A stretch of 64,000 nucleotides of DNA, taken from positions 4,046,408 through 4,110,407 of the forward strand of contig CAJFCJ010000006.1 in the NCBI GenBank assembly GCA_904063045.1. The letters run 5' to 3'. This DNA is from Dimorphilus gyrociliatus. Taxonomy: Eukaryota > Animalia > Annelida. The notes below the pieces were generated by a model. The model saw only the letters and a list, made by a program, of their open reading frames with translations. It was not told where the DNA came from and searched no databases. Every line of letters starts with the position of its first letter. The first letter of the stretch is position 1. Below, in pieces: positions 38,944 to 51,500 of this stretch. Position numbers and translations under genes: made by a program.

Positions 38944-41838
38944 ATGAATAATGAAATAGATACGCGAGAGCTTGACAGAGTTCTAGAAGAGTTGAAAGCT
39001 TTCAGTGTGGGATTGGAAGAAAAACGTGTGCCTGTGTTGCAACAACAAGAAAGAGTAGTCTACGATGAACAAGACGACTCTCTTGACCTTAGGTTAGTTA
39101 TTCAATAGCGAAAAAGAGTTTTAATTATTAAACGTCCAGCGGCGAATTCGAGTACAGCTCGATAACTTCTTCACAAGAGAGTCTAGTCGCTAAAATGAAG
39201 AAACAGAAAGAGTTGAGGATTAAGGACGAAGAGATTCATGCTAAGGAAAAAAAGAGACTTGATGAGATTTTAAGTATGCTCGAAGATTATGGGGTAAATA
39301 TTTAATGCTCCCGTTAAAAATTTCATTAAAAGTTGGGTTAAGAATTTCCTTTCTTATGTTTTTCTTATTTAGGAAGAATAAATTCAAATTAATCCTTCAT
39401 ATAAATTTATATTTTTATTGTCAAAATATCTATCTATATACTCTTTTAATTCAATGTTGATATTTATGCTATATATATTCCTTTTACCCCTGCTAAGGTT
39501 CAACAATCGTCTCAAGTGGAGAAGAATGTTCCCAAGTTAAAGAACGATGCTACTCAACCGATAAAATCATACGCTACAGACGAAAATGACTATGACGAAC
39601 TACACGGTTACGATAATTTTACCGCCCCGGAAAATGGTCACAAATTGAATGGCAAAGAAAGCATAAAAATAGCTAACGGCTCTATTCACAATTCTACCGA
39701 CTCTAAAAGCGATTCGTTATCGGCTAGTTCGGCCGATACTTTCGATCGTTCTACGGTATTCGCTTTTTTTTCCTATTCTATGTTTCTTTTAAGTTATTTC
39801 CTTCTCTCTCCCTTACCACCCTATATTTCTTTCTATCTGAAAAATCCTCCCCTTTCCCTCCCTATCCGCTCTCTCTACAACCCCCTTTAAAACGATTTTT
39901 TTATTCCATTGTACGTTTTTACTAATCCGATTAGCTGTCTGGACATTTTTTTATGTTGGCTTTTTATCAAGGTCTCTTCTACGGATAACCAGGATAAAAT
40001 AAAAACTAAACGTAAGCATCTTGTTAATCGAATGAACAGCTTGAAGCAAAAAGTAGCAGATATCGACTCTCAACAGAGCGAATCGTTTCACGACGTGAGA
40101 ATTTTTTTTCTTTTTCTATTTAATAATTTTTAGTATACCGATACTTCCTAGAAATTTAAGCCTAGATGGGTCGCTTCTCTCTCAAGGGAGACGATTGCGA
40201 TTTGTAGGGGGCGTTGTTGCTTTAAGTAGGATTGTTGAATATTTTTAAGATTTTCGATAAGGTTCAATTGAGCTATTATTTGATAATTGTCTAAGATAAG
40301 AATACTATAATCTTTTTTAAATAGTTTGAAATGGAAAGAGCATTGTTGGAAGGCGAGCGCAATTCAGAAAGTGAAATATTACAAGCTTTGCGCAATCGCT
40401 GTGATGAAATAGAAAGGAAAGGATTGGAATCGATAAGAGGCAGTAGAATTGACAACGAACAAGTTAGATGATAATTGATTTAGTTTGTTTCTCTATCCGA
40501 TTATACTATCGCAGGTGGCCATTGAATTAGAACGAGAGCGATTTGAAATCGAACGATTAGAAGTAGAAATCACACAAACGCAAAAAGAAGCCAGTTTATG
40601 TCAAACTGGCGAAGAACTTGAAAATTATAAAGCTCTGGAAAAAAAGCAGAGGGAATCTTTAGAACATCATCAAAGGGTATTCGAAGAATGGGAATTTCAA
40701 TTATTAGAGGTACTCTGAATGTTATTAGCGTAATATTATTAGTAAATTAAGTTTATACTCAGATCGAAGCGCGTATCGAGGAACAAAGGGAACGAGTTAA
40801 TTCAGAAATCGATAGGGAAAGAAGCGAAATCAAGGCACTAGTTGAAGAACAAGAAGTACTCGACCCTTTTTTTTCCTTGTTCATTGTTCATATGTTATTT
40901 GATCGGACAGGCCAAAGTACAGAGAATCGACGGTGAGCTAAAGGGATTAATTTCGCTTTGCGAGAAGGATGTCAGGAATTTTGAGCAGGAAAGAAATCAA
41001 TTCGTTCTGGAATTCCAACAAACCGCTCAGGCGTTGGTGGAATGCGACGCTTTGGACCCGGTAGGCCTATAAAATTAGCCGTAATAATTCAGTGATTATG
41101 ATGCAAATAAAAATAATACAGAATTTGAATGGAAATATTGAACTCCCCTCTGAACCGCCAGCAAGTGGTTGGGTTCATATGTCAGATGCATTTTACCAAC
41201 TACATAGTGCAGTTGAGCAGAGATCGAAAAGAGCCTTTCCGCAAAGTCCCGCTGGCCCTTTGGCTGTTGAAGTAGGCCAAAAACTTACGCGTCAAGAATT
41301 TGGTGCAAAATATTTTTCATAAATGTTTTTTTTACAGTACGTCAACCATAACTCCGTCAAACTTGCTAAGTTTGAAAACAAACCCGAACGTCCACTCACG
41401 CGCTACTTGCCTGTACCCGATGACGCCACTTTTGACTTGAAACAGCACCTTGAATCTGCTGGTCATCATCTTGGTGATGTTACCGATGTATTTGTTACCA
41501 ACATATGCTGCCAAGGTTGGCTACAAAAATTAGGAGGAAGTCGCCCTAGACGATGGCAGAAACGATGGTTCGTTTTGGACCGAAGACGCCGTATACTCTC
41601 ATATTATTCTTCTAAGCCTCGTAATGACAGATCTTCACCTAGAAGTTCAATTGGCTTTGATGATATTTCGGAAGTATACGTTCAAAATAGTAATGGATCG
41701 CCTGGTAGCGCATTCTGCGTACTCACTAAGCAAAGGACTCTTACACTCTGCTCAGCGACTCCTCAATCTAGAGCCATTTGGATGGATGCTATATTTCTTG
41801 GTGGTGCTCATGGATATAAATTCAATGGCGTCGAATAA
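38944..41838 (+). CDS. PHLDB: Pleckstrin homology-like domain family B (LL5-like) coiled-coil + PH protein
   Basis: Probable start MNNEIDTRELDRVL. 'EKKRLDEILSMLEDY', 'FEMERALLEGER', 'RPLTRYLPV...FDLKQHLESAGH' and PH domain 'CQGWLQKLGG...WQKRWFVLDR...WMDAIF' match PHLDB1/2. The start codon is inferred. Confidence 0.85.
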
Positions 41839-42516
41839 AAACGCCGATAATTTTATTTTTATCGTAGATTTTAAAAACGTTCCTTACGAAGTCGCCGGTG
41901 CTACTTTTTTTTTGTAAGAAAATCGTTATTTTCAATTTATATTTCAAATTAATAAAGAGGAATTCGAACTGTTGATTTTAAAAACATTAGTGTATCTGTT
42001 ATGTTTTAAAGTTTTTCACAGAGCTGACGGAAGTTGTAGTCATAAAAGAGATAATCCTTCCTGTTTACCTTAGCTATTGGGCTTTAAGCCTTAAATTATT
42101 CTCTTACATTAGTTTGAACAATTTACAAGATTTACACTCGGATTGGTAATGATACAAAAAAAATAACAATATACTTTATTCAAATCTGTGCAATTTTGCT
42201 ACATATTTCAATCATTAGTGCCACTTCCTAATACTGGAGCAAGGAAAACAAAACATGAATTGAAAATAGAATATTAGATTATGTGATGTTTCATTTCTAT
42301 CGAATTGCATACTTTTACCTGTCAATAAACAGTAAAGCAGAGCTAATATCTCATTCCCAAATCTAAGAATATTTTACGTATAAAAGAGAAGCCTTAAAAT
42401 TAGGAAAACATTTGGCAGTAACAAGTTTTATACAAAAAATAAAAAGTTATTGCATACGATAGAGTACCTGAACAAAATTGTGGTATACACGTATAAGGGT
42501 ATACTGTTTTATAATA

Positions 42517-45500
42517 TCAGACGAAAGATGAAAAACCGGGTAAAGGGGCTCGGGATCCAGCCTTGTTACTCATAACAACATGGCCAGCATTCAGAGAAAT
42601 TGCGTAAGGAGATTCGGACGGTTCACTATCCGTGTAATTGTAAATTGAAGATGAGGACGCCGCTTGGTTAATATTATTTTGATTTAAGTTATTTCTCGGA
42701 TGATTTGGCGGTAACGGTGGCGGAATATTGGGCGGTGATTTGTATTTTTGAGCAGACCCATTCCAGCTTTTTCTATTCATATTGACTGCACTTGTAAAGG
42801 GAGGTGGAAATTCATCATCCACATTTTTCTCACTAAAATCGCTTAAGGTGGATGCTTTTCCACACGAATTTTCATCTGAACTAATTGAGCGTTTGGCTAA
42901 ACTACTACGATCATCTTCAATTTGTGATTTACGGCAGCTGTCGTCATCATCATCATAGTTTACAGCTGCCGGTGATGGTCTAGGCGGACTACGTATATAG
43001 CCTGGGTGGCCGTTGCGAGCCCCCTTTCTTGACCTCTCAGAATGTCTTGATCTTATCGATCGCCTAGAATTTATTGTACCGAAACCATCTTCATCTTCTC
43101 TGTCACAATTGGTCATAACGGTGGCCATAGACGTCATTGATGTTGGTGATATGACCGCTGTAGGCATCATGTCTGCGTGCTTCTTTTTCAATCGTCTACT
43201 CCTTCGACCGGTAAAGCAGAGAATAGTGACAATGAGTATAATCAGGATAAGAGCAACTAATGAGATAATAGCAGCAAACCACCATTGTTTATAGAATTCT
43301 TCGGTTTTAAAATCAGGAGTTTGCAAAATGGGAGATGCTTCACTAGCGGAAGATATTCCAATTTTGTTGAGAGCAAATACGCGAAATACATAATCGGTTT
43401 TCGGGTTGAGGCTGTAGAAAGGTATTTTTACAATCGGTTTAGCGATCATATCACTGTTTGTAATTGTTAGACGTTCAAACTGTTCCCATTTCTTGTTCCC
43501 ATATTCTTGTTTCTGGATTATATATCCAGAAAGGGTTCGTTCGGAACTCAATGGTACATTAAACCAACGAAGATTGGCATAGGTGTCAAATGTGTCCAAT
43601 TTTAATTGAAATGGAGGCTTAGGGCTTCCTGGTACGGGACCAATGGTAAAGTTTTTGGATCTTTTTTCTCCCCAACCAACTTTTGTCTTTGCTTGGACAC
43701 TGAAAATATAGTTAATATTTTCTTCAAGGTCCTTTGCTTCGTGACTTGTTTTCTTATAGTCAACATGGTTGATCACTTCTTTGCCATAGGCTAAAATTTA
43801 AAAAAGGTGGATTAGCGTTATAAAAAATATTCATTCAAAAGTAATTTCTATTATTTACCGAATAACCCAGTTTGCGAGTATTGTATTTTATATAATTCAA
43901 TAACTCCATTTGGTTTTTCTGGCGGAGTCCATGATAAGTTTAATGATGACAGAGAAGTTACTATAAAACTGAGTTCTCCAGGCTTCCCAGGAACTAGAAA
44001 ATTTTATTAAATGTTTATTATCATCAATGAAAGATTATTTTCTGACTTACGGCCTTGTTTAGTACGCTGTGTAACCGGAGGGGTTTGAGGTCCTTCGCCA
44101 GCAGCATTGAAAGCTAATACAGCTATATCATACAGAGTATACATCTCCAGATTTTTTAGAGAAGCCCTAAGAGTTGCTGATGGAACGTTAATTGCCAAAA
44201 CCGTACGATCTTTTTGGGCAGCTATCCAATAGAGAACCTTATAGCCCAAAATATTACCATGTTGTCCTCGTTTCGGAGGTGCTTTCCATGCTAGCTGAAT
44301 TTCAGTCGAGGAAATCGGCTCAGCTGTTAAATCCAAAGGACTTTCGCTCGGAATAGCTTCACCTACATAAATATCTATCGGCTGTGACCATGGGCCATCT
44401 CCCATAGAATTTCGAGCTCTGACTCTAATTTCGTAAAGTGTATGCTTTCTGAGATTTTGTAATTCAATAGTTTTTGCATTATCAACAACAGGTTGATTAT
44501 AGCCTGTAAAAATTTAATTAGGTAAATTTTTCATGTTTTTCTTTTTTAATTAGACCAAAATAAATACTTACCAGCTTCCGAAGTTGGCCACTGCAACGGA
44601 CCGTATTTAACTACGTAAGAGCTTATTCTGTTAGAGTTCCATTCGGTTTTTGGGGGATCAAGCCAAGAAACTCTTACTGAACTTTCAGTGAAAGGTTGAG
44701 CTATAATATTACTTGGAGGAGCAGTCGGTGGAGCTGGACTTGTTGTTTTTGCTTCAGTACTCTTACTAAAGACACTTCTCCCTACATCGTTGTTTGCGGC
44801 AATTCGAAATTTGTATTTGGTAACCGGTTTTAGGCCATTTATAACTGCCCTAGTGTCTGAGGGATTTATATCAATATTTTCTTCTTTCCATACACACTCA
44901 TTAAAGTTGTCAACGAGGCAGGATTGTACAGTGTAATTTCTTAGTTCATAATAGTCTACCATTTTAAAACTCCAGAATAGACTCAAACTATAAGCTCTTA
45001 TCTGAGAATCCTCAATTCTAAGATTTTGGGGAGCAACGGGTTTCAATCTATTTTCTCTAACCGTTACTTTCGCCGAAATTTCTTTACCAGTTCCATTTTC
45101 GTTTTTAGCCGAAAGGCGAAACTCGTAAATAACATTCCACGAATCAATTTCTTTCCTTGCCACATAAGATGTTCCTCTAATCTCATCCTCAGAAAATTCG
45201 ACACTATTCCCAGAATGCAATTTACGATATTTTAGACTATAGCTAATATCTTTGCCGTTCTTAAATTCAGGCGGACACCATTGGGCAGTTATACCGCCAA
45301 TGTCAACAGTTGGGAAATACAAACACTTTGGAATGCTCGGAACTGTCGAAAATCAACAAATAAGATAAAATCGTAACTATATTGTTACAAACCATCTGAA
45401 AAAGTTTCGACGGGAGAATTAGATTTCATATACACTCCGTCACCTAATCGAGTAAAAGCTGCTACAGCAACTTCGTAGGAGACGAATGGGTGAAGATTGT

Positions 45501-48500
45501 ATATGTAAGCAGATCTAGCATTTGGGTTATTAACTTTCAATATATCCAAATCGGTTCCTTTATTTACTGATCGTTTACGTCTTTCCCTCTCCTTGGTGTA
45601 TTTAATCTGATGAAGAATTTATAAATAATAAAATTTACAAGTTTATATATGAAAAAAAACTGTAGAACAAGATTAAATCTTATTGGCTATACTACTGACT
45701 TTTTCAAGATTTACGCTCCTATCGATATATAACCCTTTTAATCATAAAAAAAATACTCAAGAACTCACTTTAAAACCGAGTATTAAACCATTTTCTTCAC
45801 CCTTGGGTATATCACCCCATGAAACTATGATAGTTGTAGAATTTAAAACTACCACTTTAACATTGGATGGTCCCCTTCCCGGAACTGTATTATGTTAAAA
45901 ATTAATATATGCAATATTAAAGAGCTTATATGTCTATAAACAAACCCGATTCGAAGGTTCTTTCACTAGCTTGTGGGCTATATTTTCCATCGCCTTTAGC
46001 ATTAAAAGCAGCAATTCTCACGTCATATTCAGTCCAAGGTTTCAAATTGTGTATTGTGTACAAACTTGCGTTGTCGTTTTTAACTTCAATCTTTTCGTTG
46101 AAGGTGCGATTAATGCCGTATTGAATCTTATAACCCCTTTCATCTCCGTTCCATTGCTTTTCGTCAAGGGGCTGAAATGTTTAAATTAATTAAAACTTTA
46201 GTGAAATAGTCTTCGCCAATACTTACAGTCCATCTGATTGTGAGGGAGGTTTCATTAAATGCTCTTACTGTCACTTCAGTTGGAAACGACGAAGGAATAG
46301 ACTGATCAGTTGTGAACCACCGAGTAGGAAGTGAAGGGCTGCTGCTTCCTTTTATGTTTTCAGCCAAGAGTCTTAGGCGGTATTTTGTAAAAGGTAACAA
46401 ATTGAATACTGTAATGGCTTGAGAATTTGGACTCGATATCTTTTCAATAACGAAAAAGTCCATATCTTCTCGACCATCTATTTGACCCTCAACGATCCAA
46501 AAATTAATTGATGTGTAGCCATCAAAACCTGGGGTAAACTTTATTTGGACTGATCGGTCCTGTAAATCGCTGATTCCTAATATTGTAGGAGGCTTGGGTA
46601 GTTCTGGTGGTTCACCCGTTTTGGCTTCTATTATTCTCTTAATACCTAAGCCTTTTCTGGACTGGGCTTGTATAGATATTACATAACTTGTTAGGGATTG
46701 CAATTTGCTTATTTCATATGATCGAGTTGATGGAGGTAGCCTTTTTGACTCTTGACTTAAGTTGTAGTCTTTCCGTTGATAAGTAATAAAGTAGCCGATT
46801 AATATGCCATTTATGCGTTTAGGAGGACTCCACGTAATGTTTACCGAGGTATCCAACAAAGAGTTAAAGGATAAATTTTCAACTGCATCTGGTACTAAAA
46901 AATGATAAAAATTTTATTAAAATCCTGAAAATTGTAAATCAGCATTAACTTACTGTCTTCTTTGGTTCCTATAGTTTTATTAGCAGACGCCATGCCAATA
47001 CCTCCGCTTGTGAATGCGGCTATAGATATGTCATAAGAAGTAAATTTTGCCAAGTTGGCTACAGTATAAGATTGATTCCTATATCTAGATTCTAGTGGTA
47101 TCATGTATGTTTTGTTTAAAAATCTAGCATAATCTGAGGCTGGCTTCGGATATAGAGCAATATAATAGCCCAGAATGACACCGTGATGGTTTGGAACGGG
47201 CGGGGGATTCCATTCAAGGCGAATTGCTGTTGATGATATTGCTTTAGATGACTCCAAAATTGTTGGTGGTCTACTAGGAGTACCCTCTTTCGTTTTAGCA
47301 GATACACTCTTGCTATATACTCCAACGCCTCTTTCGTTGTAAGCAGCAATTTGAATGTTGTATGTAGAAAAGACAGTAAGGCCATCTAGAGAATAAAGAT
47401 TCCTCTGTTCGCTTACTTTTGTAATATTTTCTAGATTCCAGTCTTGATAGCCTTTTAGCTGATATTTTATAATATATCCTTTTAATTTGCCGTTCAATCC
47501 TTCCTTATTAGGCGCTTCCCAACCTACAATCAATTCTGTAGAAGTTCTGGGTTCAACGCTTACAGCCTGGGGTGGTTCTGATGGTGGCTGCTGAGGTAAC
47601 GTTATCGTCTTGCTCTCTCGGGAGCCTTCTCCTTCTCCGGCTCCATTCACTCCTCTTACTTGAAACTTGTAAGTAGTAGCTGGCTTCAAATTCCTTATTT
47701 GATACCAGCTAGGGGAGGGTGGAACATCTCGAACTAAGTGTTCCCATGGATAGTTTTCACCTACAAAATTTTTCTGATGAATTAAGAATACTATGAAGAA
47801 ATTAAAATTTCGCACCTCTATCAGATACTCGTTGAGCTTGAATTGAAACAGTTTGAACTTGACTATTTCCATCAAAAATGATCTTCCAAGAAATATTCAC
47901 AAATTTTTCCTGTAAAAGTTCGATTTTTTCTATTGATAATGTTGGAGTTTCGATAACTATCAGCTCTGCCATCCTACTTTCATTTCCTGAAATGCTGGTA
48001 ACTTCACATTTGTAACTGTAAAAGGCAAAATTGGTAAATAACTTGGCATTTTTGTAATATACTTTTATTTCCTACCTCCCGACATGCTTTGTGTCAACAT
48101 GCTTTATAATCAATGATCCTTCTGTACTAATTGTAAATACGCCTTTTATGTCAACCCTCTCAAATGGATCGGTGCTCAATGTTCGAAAGTACCAAGTCCA
48201 CCTCGGCTTTGGGATATTATCATCATAGCTAGCACCACATTGGAAATTTGCTTCATTTCCTTTAATTACTCTATTAGTTGTGGGTGGCTTGATAATGATA
48301 GTACGTTCTAAACACATTAAGAATTTTAATAATAATTTTTATTAAAAAATAGTTTGTCCTTACTAAACACTATCAAATAGGTACTCTTTGTATCCCATCC
48401 TTTGGAGTTGGAGGCGTTGCAAATATAGGTACCCATATCATCTAAAGCAGTATCTCTCAACTTGATAGTATTTCCCAAAACCTCGATTCGTTCTGAAGTG

Positions 48501-51500
48501 GAAGTCAACTCCTCTGTCGCTGGTGCAGTTTTGCGTTCTAAAGTAGAAAAATCAGTTCACAACAATAAAGAGATGCACTTGTGAACTTTACTTACTTCTA
48601 AACCATCTAATTTTTGGTATAGGAGCTCCATATGCTTCGCAATAAAAGGAAATTGATTCCTTTTCTGTGACAGTTTTATTAGTTGGTGGGGTAACAATTC
48701 TTGCCGGTTCACCTTTGTGAATACGAATGTTTTAGTTAATAATATATTGAATTAAATATAGTACTTTTAACATCCAAATAAACTGCACTGTAGGCATAAC
48801 CTAAAACGTTATGACCAACGCATTGATACACTCCTTTATCTTGTGGTGATACGGTAGAAATCTTTAAGAAAAATCCCTCCTCAATAATTTGATATCTAAA
48901 ATTTAGAAAAATTTCACAGAATGGTGATAAAAGAAATAACTAAATCTAACCGCTGATTAGTTTTTGGTATTATAACAGCATCTTTGTACCAGTTGATCAC
49001 AGGTTTTGGATTGGCATTTCTTTCGAGATGGCATGTTATTTGCTTGTCACCGCCATCATATGCTTCATCACGCCACGGATGGAAAATCTCGGATACTTCA
49101 TCTAGCAAATATTAAGCTTTGAAGGAATAGTATAAAATATTCGAAAGATTCATACTTAATATGGTCAGCCAAGCAGTGTGTCTGACCGATGGATAATCAA
49201 TACCACCTCCTTCGTAACTGATTTCACAACCGTATTCACCCGCTTTACTACTATCAACCTTTGTGACTTGTAGCAGTCTCTTAAAATTATTAAATCCACT
49301 GTGTATATCTCTTTCCCTTCCATTTACCACACGAAACCAACGATATTTCAACCGGTTAAGAGGTCTAGAAAGGTAAGGGTCAGTTTTGGTTTGCAAACAT
49401 GCTTAGATACCATACCTTGCACTTCCAACGCACTCAAAAAAAACGGTTTCGAGTACTTTGGCCGATACATTCTTGGGTTTTACCAACATTTCAGGTTTCA
49501 ATGTTGGACTCAAATTTTCATTATCTATTTTCCAAAAATACAACAGCTCATAAGTGTGAACAAAATAAGATTAGTTAAGCATACCTTCTACAATGAGAGT
49601 AAAAGTGTTACTTCGAGTAGTTGTTTTTTCGTTCTTGTATTCGTTGACAGCTGATGCCATATATTCTACTCCAGTGTGGTTCAGAGGTATATTTAAGAGA
49701 ATTAAATCGCCATGTAAGGTCACATATGTATCTGGACGTTCAAATACGAGAGTTTGACGGGTCGACTTATAGATACCAGATGGAATTCGATACCATGAAA
49801 ATTCCCAGTGTTTCAGAAATTCATGATCCTTCATTGGACGTTTAATGATTCTGTATTCTCCTTCTTTTGTTCTGACTTGCCTACGATCATTAGACATGAA
49901 AATGAGGGCTGAAACAAAATAAGTCAATACCAGTGGTTCTCCATAATAAAAAGACTTACGAGCTATTCTAATAGTAGCAGGAGGCGACAGTAAAGATCCT
50001 AATCTGTTTGTGGCTTTACAAACATAGGATCTGACCTGATAATTTTGTAGGGAAAATTTATAGGTTATTTTGCCACTATCTCCCGAAATATCTTGAATTA
50101 ACGAATTGTTGACAAACAGTTCCATTTTACTCGGAGGACTGCTTTCAACTTCACATTCAATGACTATGCTAGCATCTTGATAATACCATTCATCTGTCTT
50201 GGGCAAAGACTTGAAAGTCGTAGGCGCAACATCTGTAAAAAATAATTTAAGTCAGTAATTATAATTTTAAGTAAAACATTGAATTATCTGTAAGATGAGT
50301 TTACAGTAAATAAATATCAATATTTTAAAAGTTATTAAACACCTGATTAAGTTTTTTTTAAATATCAAGTAAAGCATGATGTTTTTATGAAAAACAGGTT
50401 AGAGCCTATTATAATTTATAGGTTTTTCAAGGTCTACCTCTAAACAAAAAAGGGGTATGTTACCTAGTATTGAAAGAAAACAGATGGTCGTCGTATGTTT
50501 ACTGATACGTTTGAAAAGGTTACCTTTCTTTTACTTGAGAACTAACTGTAAGCGTGAAAGTTTGCACCGGGTATCAATCAATCAAATTAAGCCAATCGAT
50601 TTATCCAGGTACAGACTACGAGTCCTTCAATGAAACCTTATTTCTTGTATTGACCATTATCTGATTTTGCACAGTCCATTTGATTGTTTAAATAAGGGAA
50701 AATTTCTATTACAGAAAGCATGTTTTAATTACAATAAAACGAGCATTAGACTTAAGATTCTACGGCTTTGAGTATTAAAGCGATACTTATTTAACAAATA
50801 AAAGAATACTTGAAGAAAACTATGGCAAGTCAGAGCATGCATGTTTTCTGAATGTGAAATTTAATATCATACTTTCAACAACATTAACCGAAAATAAACA
50901 AGATTTGTCAAGGAATAGTCAAGAGTATTGTTTATTATCTCGCTCGTAAAATCATTTTTTTTGTCAAGACAAAGACTTGAAATATACCGTGTCACAACAA
51001 TAGCACGCTAAAGTAACCTTTATTTATGACTCAGTAAAAAAATTTTTTGTTTCGAAAGATTTTTTCGTTATGTGAAATTAATCGTTTCCATTCTTTAACT
51101 TTGGTAACATCATAAAAAAGAAGATATCTTTAATAGAAGTGGTCTTTATCAGTCAGAAAATCAGACCAAAACTACGTCATTAATTGTTTTTGTATACGCA
51201 CTGTTAGATACAAGATTAATTATAGATTTCTATCTGGTAAAATACTGCTGATATTTTCTTGATTTAAGATAAATTGAGTCATACTCTTGTGGGAAAGCTC
51301 CAACAACCTAAATCTAAAACTATTGATGTAAAGAGGAGAGAATGATGTATTGATACAAGTTTGCTTTAATGCATACATATGTATCTACGTAAATATAAAA
51401 CAGGGTACGCTGTACATCAACGAAAGAATTTTCTCAGCGATGGTCTTTAATCATCCGGCTTAAGGTTTTAAGTGTAATTTAAAGGCATTTTTCACAGCAA

